Notes: generated from the letters alone by a model not told the origin. 64,000 nt of DNA from Verrucomicrobiota bacterium (GCA_014382705.1 JACNJE010000133.1:15964-79963); one strand, 5' to 3'; positions 47,044 through 57,355 are shown, counted from the stretch's first letter. Numbers and translations: made by a program.

Positions 47044-49698
47044 GTGGCTGCGCGGAGCAAAACGCCGGCTGACTCCCGCTGGATCACCGTCGAGGGCGCC
47101 CGCGAACACAACCTCCGCGGCCTCTCCGTCCGCATCCCGCGCAACCAGCTCGTCGTCGTCACCGGCGTCAGCGGTTCCGGCAAAAGCACCCTCGCGTTCG
47201 ACATTCTTTTCTCCGAGGGCCAGCGCCGGTTCCTCGACTCGCTCAACGCCTACGCCCGGCAATTCGTCGAGCAAATGCCCCGGCCCGACGTCGATGCCGT
47301 CCACGGCCTGCCGCCCACCGTCAGCATCGAGCAGCGCATTTCGCGCGGCGGCGGCAAAAGCACCGTCGCCACCGTCACCGAGATTTACCACTTTATCCGC
47401 CTGCTCTACACCAAGCTCGGCGTCATCCACTGCCCCGACTGCCAGTTGCCGGTGCAGGCGCAAACGCTCGACTCACTCGTCCGCAGCCTAATCACACAGG
47501 CCAAAAAGCGCGGCGACCTGCTGCTGCTCGCCCCGCGCGTCCGCGACCGCAAAGGCTTCCACACTGACGTCGGCGAATGGGCCGCGCGGCACGGCTACGA
47601 ACAGGTCCGCGCCGACGGCGAGTTTCATCCCACCGCCGAGCCGTTGCGGCTCGACCGTTACAGCGAACACGACGTCGAGGCCGTCGTCGGTCGGCTCAAA
47701 AAACGCGGCGCAAAGAACGCCACCGAACGGGTCGCCGAATGCCTCGCCGTTGGCCAGGGTACGCTCTTCGCCGTCGACGACTCCGGCGGCGAGACCGTCC
47801 ATTCGACGAGCAATTCGTGCGGCGGCTGCGGCCGGTCGTTCGCGCCGCTCGATCCGAAAGATTTCAGCTACAACTCCGCCCGGGGCTGGTGCCCGACCTG
47901 CCGGGGCTTCGGCGAGACCTTTTACATCCCGAACATCGAGCGGGGCGACGCACAGGAAGCGGTCGAGGAAACGTGGTTCGGCTGGCAGGAGGACAGCCGC
48001 GAAACCTGCCCCGACTGCAACGGCGCGCGGCTCGCTCCCCTCGCCCGCGCCGTCCGCCTGCCGCTGCCGCGCTTGGCCAAGCGCAACTTTCCCGCCGAGC
48101 CAACGATCGACGCCTTCGCCCAAGCCGGTGTCGGGGCGGCGAGCGAGCTGTTTGCCACGCTCAAGTGGCGGGGGCGCGGCGCGGAAATCGCCCGCGACAT
48201 TTTGCCGGAGATCGCCTCGCGACTGACTTTTCTGCGCGAGGTCGGCCTCGATTATCTGCAGCTTGGCCGCGCGGTGACCACGCTCAGCGGCGGGGAGGCC
48301 CAGCGCATTCGCCTGGCCGCGCAGCTTGGCTCGAACCTGAGCGGCGTGCTGTACGTGCTCGACGAGCCGACCATCGGCCTGCATCCGCGCGACAACCAGC
48401 AACTGCTCGGCGCGCTCGAGCAACTCCGCTCGCGCGGCAATTCGGTCGTCGTCGTCGAGCACGACGAGGACACGATGGCACGCGCCGATCACATCATCGA
48501 CCTCGGCCCCGGCGCCGGCGCCGAGGGCGGCCACGTCGTCGCCGCCGGTTCGCTGAAACAGATTTTGCGAAACAAAAAATCGCTGACCGGCATCGAGTTG
48601 GCCCGCCAACACGAACGTGGCCAGGCGCTTGGCCAAGCGCGACCGACCGCCCCGCCCCTGACCCGGCGCGGTGCCAGCCAAAGAAACAAAACGCCGTCGC
48701 TCGTCTTTCGCGGCTTGAGCAAAAACAATTTGAAAAACCTCTCCGTCGCCGTGCCGCTTGGGCGGTTCACCGCCGTGACCGGCGTGAGCGGTTCCGGCAA
48801 AAGTACGCTCGTGCGCGAATGCATCCTGCCCACCGTGCAGGCCGCGCTGAAGGCCAAGCGCAAAAAAACAACCGGCGGCATCGAGCAAATCAAAGCCGTG
48901 CACGAGGTCGATCAGTCGCCGATCGGCCGCACGCCGCGCTCGGTGCCGGCGACGTATGTCGGTTTTTTCGACACCATCCGCCAACTGTTCGCGCAGGTGC
49001 CGGAAGCCCGGATGCGCGGCTTCGGCCCGGCGCGGTTTTCGTTCAACAGCCCGCAAGGCCGCTGTCCCGAGTGCAAGGGCGCAGGGATCGTGAAGCTCGA
49101 GATGAATTTCCTCCCGCCCGCCTTCATGACCTGCGACACCTGCGCCGGCAACCGCTACAGCCCGGAGGTATTGGACATCGTTTACAACGGCGAAACCATC
49201 GCCGGGGTACTCGAGTTAAGCGTCAACGAGGCGGCCGTTTTTTTTGGGGCCATCCCAAAAATACACCGTGCCCTAAAGGCGCTGAAAGATACCGGCTTGG
49301 GCTACCTCAAGCTGGGCCAAACCAGCCCCACGCTCAGTGGCGGCGAAGCCCAGCGTGTCAAGCTCGTCACCCACCTGCTCAGCGGCTTGAGCGACAGCAC
49401 TCGCCTCAAAGCCGACACCAAAAAGAATCTGTTCCTCCTCGAGGAACCGACGATCGGACTGCACATGGCCGACGTGCGCCGCTTGGTCGGGGTGCTGCAT
49501 CGCCTGGTCGAGGGCGGCCACACGGTGCTGGTCATCGAGCATAACCTAGACCTGATCGCCGCGGCTGACTGGGTCATCGACCTCGGCCCCGAAGGTGGCG
49601 AGGCCGGCGGCCAAATCATCGCCCAGGGAACGCCGCCCGAGATCGCCCAAGCCAAAAACTCCCACACCGGCTGTTTTCTAAAACGGTTTTTTAATTAA
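47044..49698 (+). CDS. uvrA: Excinuclease ABC subunit A family protein (UvrA, short insertion-domain region)
   Basis: Two ABC modules (GVSGSGKST twice, LSGGEAQR twice) and Cys-pair zinc modules. It is 884 aa, versus about 940 aa for E. coli UvrA as I recall. Confidence 0.85.
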   Translation: MAARSKTPADSRWITVEGAREHNLRGLSVRIPRNQLVVVTGVSGSGKSTLAFDILFSEGQRRFLDSLNAYARQFVEQMPRPDVDAVHGLPPTVSIEQRISRGGGKSTVATVTEIYHFIRLLYTKLGVIHCPDCQLPVQAQTLDSLVRSLITQAKKRGDLLLLAPRVRDRKGFHTDVGEWAARHGYEQVRADGEFHPTAEPLRLDRYSEHDVEAVVGRLKKRGAKNATERVAECLAVGQGTLFAVDDSGGETVHSTSNSCGGCGRSFAPLDPKDFSYNSARGWCPTCRGFGETFYIPNIERGDAQEAVEETWFGWQEDSRETCPDCNGARLAPLARAVRLPLPRLAKRNFPAEPTIDAFAQAGVGAASELFATLKWRGRGAEIARDILPEIASRLTFLREVGLDYLQLGRAVTTLSGGEAQRIRLAAQLGSNLSGVLYVLDEPTIGLHPRDNQQLLGALEQLRSRGNSVVVVEHDEDTMARADHIIDLGPGAGAEGGHVVAAGSLKQILRNKKSLTGIELARQHERGQALGQARPTAPPLTRRGASQRNKTPSLVFRGLSKNNLKNLSVAVPLGRFTAVTGVSGSGKSTLVRECILPTVQAALKAKRKKTTGGIEQIKAVHEVDQSPIGRTPRSVPATYVGFFDTIRQLFAQVPEARMRGFGPARFSFNSPQGRCPECKGAGIVKLEMNFLPPAFMTCDTCAGNRYSPEVLDIVYNGETIAGVLELSVNEAAVFFGAIPKIHRALKALKDTGLGYLKLGQTSPTLSGGEAQRVKLVTHLLSGLSDSTRLKADTKKNLFLLEEPTIGLHMADVRRLVGVLHRLVEGGHTVLVIEHNLDLIAAADWVIDLGPEGGEAGGQIIAQGTPPEIAQAKNSHTGCFLKRFFN
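48069..48084. repeat. Perfect 16-bp palindrome copy inside uvrA (read as R-L-A-K-R)
   Basis: Read directly from the sequence. Confidence 0.95.
48625..48640. repeat. Perfect 16-bp palindrome copy inside uvrA (read as A-L-G-Q-A)
   Basis: Read directly from the sequence. It is preceded by a half copy (GTGGCCAG). Confidence 0.95.
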
Positions 49699-49759
49699 CA
49701 TGGATGGACAGGATGAACAGGATGAGAAAAATTATTCCTGTCCACCCTGTCCATCCATG
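49699..49759. terminator. Long hairpin between convergent uvrA and metalloprotease genes (bidirectional terminator candidate)
   Basis: Perfect 14-bp inverted repeat CATGGATGGACAGG (49699-49712) / CCTGTCCATCCATG (49746-49759), plus an inner 6-bp stem ACAGGA/TCCTGT. AT-rich flanks on both sides. Confidence 0.55.
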
Positions 49760-49781
49760 TTTGAATTCTCCTCTCTAAAAA

Positions 49782-51551
49782 TCAAGGAAGAGCTTCTACT
49801 CTGTAAAACTGAAATTTCTCCCGCTCGCTGGGGTCGATGAAAAACGTAAACGACCGGCGGGCGGTGACCGGGGCGCCTACTTTGCTCCACTTGGCCAGGG
49901 CGGCGTCCGGCTTGCTCCAGACTTGGTAGCGCTTGCCGGGGACGCTGCCCCACTGGATCGTCGTGCCTTGTTCATCGACCGTGATGCTGCCGATTTCCAA
50001 CAGCGGAAATGAGTCGGCGTCCGTCGGGTTTTTCCCGGTTAAAAACTCCTCACGATTGGTGTAGCCGTCAGCGTCGGCGTCGGCGTCGGCGTGGGCCTCG
50101 GCGCTGGAAAAAACGGCGAACTGTTCCCGCTGCCAGCGATCGTCCAAGCCGTCGAAGTTGTAATCCTCCTCGCCGGAAAGAATCTCCACGAAGCCGTTGA
50201 GTTGCGCCACGTCGTTTCCTTTTTGCACGAACAGACTCCGCACGCCCGGCTCGGCATTCTTCGACACGGTCACTTCAACGGAGATCAGGTTGAAGCCGTC
50301 AAATGCGTTTCGGTCGTAGGTCGTTTTTCCGTAAACCACCCCGTCGCCGGTGAGCCGCACGGTCGCCCCGCTCGTCGGCAGCGTCGGGGAGTACACGCCG
50401 ATCGTTAGTTTTTTGCCGGTACGCTCGAGCGCGAACGGCTCGAACGCCAGCTCAAGCAAATTTTGGTTTTTCGTGGGCGGCCTCACTGCCGAGATATAAA
50501 ACGGTGCGCTGCCCTTGGTGACCGCGAAATCCAGCGTCGCCGATGATCCGGGGTGAACCACCGCTTGCTTGACTCCGGTTGGCCGGAAATTGGTCTCGGA
50601 ACCGTCGTGCTCAATCGAGATGTCGATGTCGCGAACGAGCGGCTGGGGCTGTGTGTCCGGCGAATGTAGCGGAGCCACGCGCAGCCGGTACGTCGCCGGG
50701 GGGAGTGCGGTCAGTTCGTACCGGCCGTTGCGCTCGGTGACGGTCGACTGGATGATATTCCCGTGCGCATCCTCGGCCAGCACGATGGCCCCGAAAACGA
50801 GGCCGCGCCCCATCGTCACTTTGCCGGCGATCGAGCCGAGCCTGGCCAAGGCGGCCGACTCGCCGTAAAGCGCCTGCGCGGCAGCGACCTCGTCCTTCAA
50901 CAGGCCAACCGCAAGGCTCACGCCGGCACCGGTTCGCGAAAACATCGTCGCCGCCCCCAGCGGCGAATGCTGTAGCCCGATGAAATGGCCAAACTCATGC
51001 AGCGCGACTGCCTCGACAAAGTTGTCGGCGGAGAACGAATTGTCGTAGTCGGCAAACCATCGGTGATCGACCCCATTGAAAACCATGTCCGCCTCGACGA
51101 TCGTGTGGTCGTCGAAGTACATCGGGAACGTTACCGCCAACGCGCCGCTGATCTCCGTCCGCTCGTTGTTGACCCACACGGCCCCGTTCGCGGCCGCCTG
51201 CTTCACCCAGTAAACGACGTTCGTGTTGTCCTCGCCGTTGACGTCCACGCCAGGCGGCACCAGGCCGGCCTCCTCGAATTTCAAGATCGTCCCCGGCACC
51301 GACTGCCATTGGCCAAGCGCGGCGCGCACAGCGTTTAATTCGGTCTCGGCATTTTTTGCCGACCCAGCGTCCTTGGCCAAGTAGTAGCGAACGGCGCGGG
51401 TGTCACGGTTCACCACGTTGGAATGCACGAGTGGATCCAAGTCGTCGAGCCGCCAGCGCAGCGCCTGGCCGTCGTCGTTTTTGAAAAGCACGAACGCCGT
51501 GGCGGCATGGGCCAAGCCAAGCGTGGCGGCGATTGCGAGCCAGCGACTCAC
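49782..51551 (-). CDS. Secreted matrixin-like (metzincin) zinc metalloprotease with C-terminal Ca-binding/TSP3-like repeats
   Basis: Signal peptide, HEFGHFIGLQHS (HExxHxxGxxH), a carboxypeptidase-regulatory-like middle region, and DADADADGYTNREEFLTGKNPTDADS near the C-terminus. Confidence 0.85.
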   Translation of the reverse strand: MSRWLAIAATLGLAHAATAFVLFKNDDGQALRWRLDDLDPLVHSNVVNRDTRAVRYYLAKDAGSAKNAETELNAVRAALGQWQSVPGTILKFEEAGLVPPGVDVNGEDNTNVVYWVKQAAANGAVWVNNERTEISGALAVTFPMYFDDHTIVEADMVFNGVDHRWFADYDNSFSADNFVEAVALHEFGHFIGLQHSPLGAATMFSRTGAGVSLAVGLLKDEVAAAQALYGESAALARLGSIAGKVTMGRGLVFGAIVLAEDAHGNIIQSTVTERNGRYELTALPPATYRLRVAPLHSPDTQPQPLVRDIDISIEHDGSETNFRPTGVKQAVVHPGSSATLDFAVTKGSAPFYISAVRPPTKNQNLLELAFEPFALERTGKKLTIGVYSPTLPTSGATVRLTGDGVVYGKTTYDRNAFDGFNLISVEVTVSKNAEPGVRSLFVQKGNDVAQLNGFVEILSGEEDYNFDGLDDRWQREQFAVFSSAEAHADADADADGYTNREEFLTGKNPTDADSFPLLEIGSITVDEQGTTIQWGSVPGKRYQVWSKPDAALAKWSKVGAPVTARRSFTFFIDPSEREKFQFYRVEALP

Positions 51552-52096
51552 TTCGCGCCCCTCCTCACGTGGCGCTTCAACTCGGCGAGCGTCAGCGGCT
51601 TCGCTTGGCCAAGCGCGCGCTTGACCACCGCACGCGGGTCGTCCCGCTTGGCCAAGCCGTGGAACGGATTCCGTACCGTGGCCAAGCCGCTCTCCGGTTG
51701 TTTGGCGACGTCGAACTTGCCCTGATTCATCCCCAGCGTCACCGCCTCGCCCCGGCTATTGACCATCACAAACACAACCACCTCGCCGCCGACCCGGTAT
51801 GTCGGCTGGAGCGGCGAGCGGGCGATCCGCCGACCCAGCACGCCGCCGCCCTGCACGACCACCAGCGTCCCGCCGCGCTGCCGGCCCTTCACCTGCTCGA
51901 GGATCTGCAAATGCACCTTGGTGAAAATCCGTCCATCGTCGTCGCGCTGGCAGGTCATGCGGACAACCTTGCCGTGCACCACCGCGTCGGCCTTGGCCGC
52001 CATCGACGTGATCGACAACGGCACTTGGCTCGCCGCTTGGCCAATCGCGGCTCCGGCCAGCAAGGCTGCGAGAATTGCGTACGACCTTCCATTCAT
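51548..52096 (-). CDS. Hypothetical secreted protein, translationally coupled to the metalloprotease
   Basis: Signal peptide MNGRSYAILAALLAGAAIGQA (start at 52096). Its stop overlaps the protease start by 4 nt. The remainder of track ORF 51548..52747 is antisense to the DUF218 gene. Confidence 0.55.
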   Translation of the reverse strand: MNGRSYAILAALLAGAAIGQAASQVPLSITSMAAKADAVVHGKVVRMTCQRDDDGRIFTKVHLQILEQVKGRQRGGTLVVVQGGGVLGRRIARSPLQPTYRVGGEVVVFVMVNSRGEAVTLGMNQGKFDVAKQPESGLATVRNPFHGLAKRDDPRAVVKRALGQAKPLTLAELKRHVRRGAK

Positions 52097-52171
52097 GCTG
52101 CCGCGAAGGTTGCTCGCTTGGCCGGGAAAACTCAATCCGGCGTTTTGTGCTGGGCAACGACGGCCCATTCG

Positions 52172-52945
52172 ATGAAGCATGCGCGCCGCGTGATGTATTT
52201 TTTGTCGAAAACCGTGGGACGACTGGTCGAGCCGATCGGGTTTATTTGGCTGGTGCTGCTCATCGCCTGCATCCGTGCGTTGATAAAAAAAGAGCGCCGA
52301 CAGGCGATGTTCACCGGTGGGTTGGCGCTGTTCATCACCCTCGTCGGCAGCACGAAACTCCCCGCCTATCTTTTGGCCGGCCTCGAGAAGCCGTACGCCA
52401 TCGAGGACTTGGGTGCGCTGCCCAGGTGCGATGCGGTGGTCGTGCTCGGCGGTGGGCACAGCTACGTTTCGAGTGCGCCGTTCAACATCGAAATGCACGA
52501 TGCAGCGGATCGCTACGTGATGGCGGCCGAGTTGGTGCGGCTCGGGAAGGGAGGCGCGCTGGTGATCGGTGGGAGCCATGGGGAAGGAACGTTGCTGAAA
52601 AACTGGCTCGAGAGTTGGAAGCCGTTTCAACAGCCGATTTTCGATATGAGCGCAAACCTGCACACGCGGGATGAAGCGACAAACACCGCCGCCTTGGCCA
52701 AGGAGCAGGGCTGGAACAAAATCATACTCGTGACGTCCGCGTGGCACATGCGCCGCTCGGTGGCGTTGTTTGAAAAAGTTGGCTTGGAGGTGGTGCCAGT
52801 CGGAGCGGATTTTGTCGGCACTTCAGCGCTGGAAACGCATTGGGGTTTTTATCTCGTGCCGTGGTATTCTGGATTTCGCACCTTGGCAATGTACGCGCAC
52901 GAGCAGTTGGGGTGGCTTTACTACAAGCTGCGGGGGTGGATTTAG
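52172..52945 (+). CDS. YdcF/ElyC (DUF218) family protein
   Basis: N-terminal TM helices, then the DUF218 core (DAVVVLGGG.., ILVTSAWHMRRS). Confidence 0.8.
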   Translation: MKHARRVMYFLSKTVGRLVEPIGFIWLVLLIACIRALIKKERRQAMFTGGLALFITLVGSTKLPAYLLAGLEKPYAIEDLGALPRCDAVVVLGGGHSYVSSAPFNIEMHDAADRYVMAAELVRLGKGGALVIGGSHGEGTLLKNWLESWKPFQQPIFDMSANLHTRDEATNTAALAKEQGWNKIILVTSAWHMRRSVALFEKVGLEVVPVGADFVGTSALETHWGFYLVPWYSGFRTLAMYAHEQLGWLYYKLRGWI

Positions 52946-53052
52946 GCCAAGCGGGAAGCGCCCGCGTGCCGCCTTGGGCGCGGGAGGGGCAAGTTCCACC
53001 TTGCCCGTTTCGATGTTAATTGGGACGAGGTGGAACTCGTCCCTCCCAAAAG

Positions 53053-54297
53053 TTACCGGCGGCGCTTGCGGCCTCCGCCCTTGCGGGTGGACATGCCGAA
53101 GGAGTAGCCCCGCCCAACGGAGCCACCGCGGAATCGCGGAGTCGATCCATGTTTCCCGTCATCGAAGAGCGAGGTGTATTTGTAGTCGAAGCCGTCCATT
53201 TTTTCGCGGTTGATTTTTTTGCCGATGAACCGCTCGACCGCCTCCATATGCTGGCGATCCTCGGCCACCATGATGGTGAAGGCATCGCCAGTGGCGGCGG
53301 CCCGCCCCGTCCGGCCGATGCGGTGCACGTAGTCCTCGGGGTGCTGCGGCACGTCGTAGTTGACAACGTGGCTGACGTTGGCGATGTCCAGCCCGCGCGA
53401 GGCGATGTCGGTAGCGACAAGCACCTCAAATTTCCCATCCCGAAAGCCGTTAAGAGACCGTTCCCGCTCGGCCTGGGTTCGGTTCGAGTGGAGGATGGCC
53501 ACGGAATGATTCTGGCGTTTCAGCAGGCTCCCCACCTTGTCGGCGCCCACCTTCGTACGGCAAAAGACGATGACCGAATCAAAGTCCACCTTCCCGAGCA
53601 GCGCCAACACGAGGTCGTTTTTCTGGTCGAACGCCACCGGATAAACCGCGTGCGATACGGTGTCGGCCACGGAGCGGCGCATCCCGATCTCGACGGTCTC
53701 CGGGTCTTTCATCGCCCACTGGATGATCGTCTCGATGATCGGCGGGATGGTCGCCGAAAAGAGTGACGTGTGCCGTTTCTCCGGGCATTTCTGAATGATC
53801 TTCTTGACGTCCGGCATGAAGCCCATGTCGAGCATCCGGTCGGCCTCGTCGAGCACGAGGTACTCTATGTTTTTGAGCGTCAGGTTTTTCTGGGACACAT
53901 GGTCGAGCAACCGCCCCGGCGTGGCGACGACGATATCCGTTCCGTTGTTCAACGCGTCGGTCTGCTTGCCGTATTTGACGCCGCCATAAAGCACCGTCGT
54001 CCGCAGGTCTGAATACCGTGAGAAATCCCGGAACGCTGTCTCGACCTGCGAGGCGAGTTCCCGCGTTGGCTCGACGATCAGCGCGCGCGGCGTGTCCGAC
54101 GGCTTGTCGAGTTTCGTGAGGATCGGCAGGCCGAATGCCGCCGTCTTGCCGGTGCCGGTCTGCGCGCTGCCGATCAGGTCGCGCCCCTCGAGGAACAGCG
54201 GGATGCCACGCAGCTGGATCGGCGTCGGGTCCTCGTAACCCATCGCGCGAATCCCCTTGAGAATGTTGTCGGAAAGCCCCAGCGAACTGAATGACAT
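53053..54297 (-). CDS. DEAD-box ATP-dependent RNA helicase (RhlE-like)
   Basis: Q motif (..FSSLGLS..PTPIQ), AQTGTGKT, DEAD (VLDEADRM), SAT, HRIGRTGR, and an Arg/Gly-rich C-terminal tail. Start at MSFSSLG (54297). Confidence 0.92.
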   Translation of the reverse strand: MSFSSLGLSDNILKGIRAMGYEDPTPIQLRGIPLFLEGRDLIGSAQTGTGKTAAFGLPILTKLDKPSDTPRALIVEPTRELASQVETAFRDFSRYSDLRTTVLYGGVKYGKQTDALNNGTDIVVATPGRLLDHVSQKNLTLKNIEYLVLDEADRMLDMGFMPDVKKIIQKCPEKRHTSLFSATIPPIIETIIQWAMKDPETVEIGMRRSVADTVSHAVYPVAFDQKNDLVLALLGKVDFDSVIVFCRTKVGADKVGSLLKRQNHSVAILHSNRTQAERERSLNGFRDGKFEVLVATDIASRGLDIANVSHVVNYDVPQHPEDYVHRIGRTGRAAATGDAFTIMVAEDRQHMEAVERFIGKKINREKMDGFDYKYTSLFDDGKHGSTPRFRGGSVGRGYSFGMSTRKGGGRKRRR

Positions 54298-54349
54298 GGC
54301 GGAGGGGTGTAACAGAAATGCAGCCGATGGGAAACGCAAATCACCAATC

Positions 54350-54365
54350 GCGCTTGGCCAAGCGC
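54350..54365. repeat. Perfect 16-bp palindrome copy, intergenic (helicase-methyltransferase divergent spacer)
   Basis: Read directly from the sequence. Confidence 0.95.
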
Positions 54366-54388
54366 CCGGCCAAGGCTAAAACGCCTGC

Positions 54389-55195
54389 GTGGAAATCACC
54401 CAGGACCACAACCGCCGCGTCTGGGACGAACGCGCCCGGCACGGCCTGCTGCACACGCGAACCGCGCGAGACGACGAGTTCGCCGACCCGCTGAAGGCCA
54501 TCAACGGCCGGGGCTGGATCGACGGCGGGCTCGAGGACAAACGGGTTCTCTGCCTCGCCGGCGGCGGCGGGTTGCAGGCACCGCTTTACGCCGCCGCCGG
54601 GGCCAAGGTGACGGTGGTGGACATCAGCCCGGCGATGCTCGAGCAGGATAAACGTGTTGCCCGCGAGCGCGGTCTCGAACTGCAGACCATCGCCGCGTCG
54701 ATGGACGATCTGCCGATGCTCGCCGACGCGTCGTTCGACCTTGTCACCCAGCCGGTCAGCACCTGCTACGTGCCAAGCTTGGCCAAGGTTTACGACGGGA
54801 TCGCCCGCGTGCTGCGCGTCGGCGGGCAGTACCTCAGCCAGCACAAACAGCCGCTCAACCTCCAAGCTGCGCCGACGCCGTTCCCGAACGGCTACGCCGT
54901 CACCGAGGGTTATTATGCCACGGGGCCGGTGCCGCCGCTGCACGGCGAGTTCGAGCATCGGGAAAAGGGCGCGCTCGAGTTCGTGCATCGCTGGGAGGAA
55001 CTGGTCGGCGGACTGTGCCGCGCCGGCTTCGTGATCGAGGATGTTGCCGAGCCGAGGCACGGCGATCCCGCCGCCGAGCCGGGAACGTTCCGGCATCGCA
55101 GCCAATACATTCCACCGTACGTCGCCATCAAGGCGCGTCGTGTTGCCACCCCCGTGCTTGGCCAAGCGGCGGCGGCCGGCATCGTCATGCCGTGA
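54389..55195 (+). CDS. Class I SAM-dependent methyltransferase
   Basis: Motif I VLCLAGGGGLQAPLYAAAGAKVTVVDIS. Substrate unknown. Confidence 0.8.
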   Translation: MEITQDHNRRVWDERARHGLLHTRTARDDEFADPLKAINGRGWIDGGLEDKRVLCLAGGGGLQAPLYAAAGAKVTVVDISPAMLEQDKRVARERGLELQTIAASMDDLPMLADASFDLVTQPVSTCYVPSLAKVYDGIARVLRVGGQYLSQHKQPLNLQAAPTPFPNGYAVTEGYYATGPVPPLHGEFEHREKGALEFVHRWEELVGGLCRAGFVIEDVAEPRHGDPAAEPGTFRHRSQYIPPYVAIKARRVATPVLGQAAAAGIVMP

Positions 55196-55237
55196 AACGG
55201 CTTGGCCAAGCCGCAGGCCAACGGTAGCTTGGCGGCC

Positions 55238-57355
55238 ATGTTGATTCGCATCGCACTGTTTATTGTCGCCGGCACTCTTGCCGCCTGTTCCACCCCAAAA
55301 AATACCAGCACCCCCGCCGGGTTCTCCGGCGACTGGGCGGAGTTCAAGCGCTTGGCCAAGCGCAACGGCACGCAGGTCTCGCTGCCGCCGTTTGAGACCA
55401 CGCCGCAGGCCTCGCTCGACGCCGTCGGCGCAGCCATCGCAGCAGCCGACAAGCGGCTCGACGCCATCGGCACGATCAAGCCAAGCGAGGCGACCTTCGA
55501 TAACACGCTCGGCGCGATCGACGATCTGGCGTTTGACCTGTCGCTCGTGGCCAACCGCACCTACATGCTCAAGGAAACCAGCGAGAACGCCGAGCACCGC
55601 GCCCAGGCCACCGAGGCAATCAAGCGGTTCGACGAGTGGGCCGTCGGCCTCGACTACCGCGAAGATGTTTATCGCGTGATCAAGGCGTACGCCGACTCGA
55701 AGCCCAAGCTGAGCGGCGAGGCCAAGCGACTGCTCGAACAGACGCTGCGCGACTACCGCCGGGCCGGGTTGCACCTGGCCAAGGCCGAGCGGGATGAGGT
55801 TGAGCAACTCCGCAAGCAACTTTCCGCCGCGACGACCGAGTTTCGCACCAACATCACCAATGCCAAAAAGGAACTGAAGTTCACCGCCGCACAACTCGAG
55901 GGGGTGCCGGGGAGTTTCCTCGAGCAGGTCAAGACCGGCGACGACGAATACACGCTGCAGGCCAACGTGACGTTTCACTACCTCAACGTCATGCGCAGTG
56001 CCAAGCCGGAGGCGACGCGCAAGCGGTTCTCCGGCGAACGCAAGCGGCTCGCCCGCGAGCAAAACATTCCGCTGCTAAAAACGGTCCTGCAACTCCGTGC
56101 CACCATCGCGGCCAAGCTCGGCTACAAGACATGGGCCGACTACCGCTGCGAAGTCAAGATGGCCGGCAATGGCACGACGGCGCGCGAGTTTTTGATGAAC
56201 CTCAAGAGCGGCCTCGAGCCGAAGTGGCAGGCCGAGCTCGCGCAGTTCAACACGCTGAAACGCCGCGAGACCGGCGACCCCGACGCCACCCTGAAAATGT
56301 GGGATGCCTTTTACTACATGAACCTGCTGAAGAAGGAAAAGTACTCCGTGGACACCGAGCAGCTTCGCGTGTTTTTCCCGTACGAACAGACGCTGCACGG
56401 AATGTTTCGCGTGTACGAACGCATCTTCGGCCTGAAGATTGTGGCGTCCACCGCGCCGTACAAATGGCACGAGCAAGTGACGCTGCACCTTGTTTACGAC
56501 GCCGCCACCGGCAACCCGCTGGGTGCGCTGTACCTCGACATGTTCCCGCGCGACGGCAAGTACAATCACTTCGCGATGTTCCCGCTGATCTCCGGAAAAC
56601 GGCTGCCGGACGGCACCTACCAGCGGCCCACCGTCGCGCTGATTTGCAACTTCCCCACGCCGGGGAAGGACACCCCGTCGCTACTCTCGCACGACAACGT
56701 CGAGACGTTGTTCCACGAGTTTGGCCACGCGCTGCACGGCATCCTCACGCAGACTCGGTTCACGCGTTTCGCCGGAACGAGCGTGCCGCGCGACTTCGTC
56801 GAGGCGCCGTCGCAGATGCTCGAGAACTGGATTTGGGACAAGACTGTGCTCGACTCCTTCGCCGCCGACTACCGCGATCCGTCGAAAAAAATCCCCGAAG
56901 CCGTGCTGGCAAAACTGAAGGAGGCAAAGAAAGCCACCGTCGCCCGGCACTACCGCGGCCAATTGTCGTACGGGCTGGTTGACCTGACTCTGCACTCGCT
57001 GACAGAGGAGGAAGCCAAGATCGTCGAGCCGGTGGCGTTGTCCAACCAGATCACCGAGGCCGTCTATCTCAAGCCGCAAGAGAACACGTCATTCGTCGGC
57101 TACTTCGGCCATCTCATGGGCTACGACGCCGGCTACTACGGCTACGCCTGGGCCGACTCGATTTCCGCCGACATGGCCACGGTTTTTGAAAACGCGCCGG
57201 AGCGCTACTTCGACGCAACAGCCGGACAGCGACTGCGGCGGGAGATTTACGAAGTGGGCGACTCTCGCGATGTCAGCGAGTCGATCGAGAAATTCCTCGG
57301 CCGCCCCCGCTCGCTCAAGCCGTTCCTCCAAGACCTCGGCATCCTCGACGAATAG
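55238..57355 (+). CDS. M3 family zinc metallopeptidase (oligopeptidase/Dcp-like) lipoprotein
   Basis: HEFGHALH zinc motif and M3 length. Lipobox MLIRIALFIVAGTLAAC. The track start at 55202 is a TTG inside a palindrome copy. Confidence 0.88.
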   Translation: MLIRIALFIVAGTLAACSTPKNTSTPAGFSGDWAEFKRLAKRNGTQVSLPPFETTPQASLDAVGAAIAAADKRLDAIGTIKPSEATFDNTLGAIDDLAFDLSLVANRTYMLKETSENAEHRAQATEAIKRFDEWAVGLDYREDVYRVIKAYADSKPKLSGEAKRLLEQTLRDYRRAGLHLAKAERDEVEQLRKQLSAATTEFRTNITNAKKELKFTAAQLEGVPGSFLEQVKTGDDEYTLQANVTFHYLNVMRSAKPEATRKRFSGERKRLAREQNIPLLKTVLQLRATIAAKLGYKTWADYRCEVKMAGNGTTAREFLMNLKSGLEPKWQAELAQFNTLKRRETGDPDATLKMWDAFYYMNLLKKEKYSVDTEQLRVFFPYEQTLHGMFRVYERIFGLKIVASTAPYKWHEQVTLHLVYDAATGNPLGALYLDMFPRDGKYNHFAMFPLISGKRLPDGTYQRPTVALICNFPTPGKDTPSLLSHDNVETLFHEFGHALHGILTQTRFTRFAGTSVPRDFVEAPSQMLENWIWDKTVLDSFAADYRDPSKKIPEAVLAKLKEAKKATVARHYRGQLSYGLVDLTLHSLTEEEAKIVEPVALSNQITEAVYLKPQENTSFVGYFGHLMGYDAGYYGYAWADSISADMATVFENAPERYFDATAGQRLRREIYEVGDSRDVSESIEKFLGRPRSLKPFLQDLGILDE
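55348..55363. repeat. Perfect 16-bp palindrome copy inside the M3 peptidase gene (read as R-L-A-K-R)
   Basis: Read directly from the sequence. Confidence 0.95.

Noticed and set aside
50071-50094. A (GCGTCG)n microsatellite in the metalloprotease gene.
   Set aside because: It simply encodes the DADADAD Ca-binding-type repeat of the C-terminal domain. It has only 3.5 units and nothing suggests instability.
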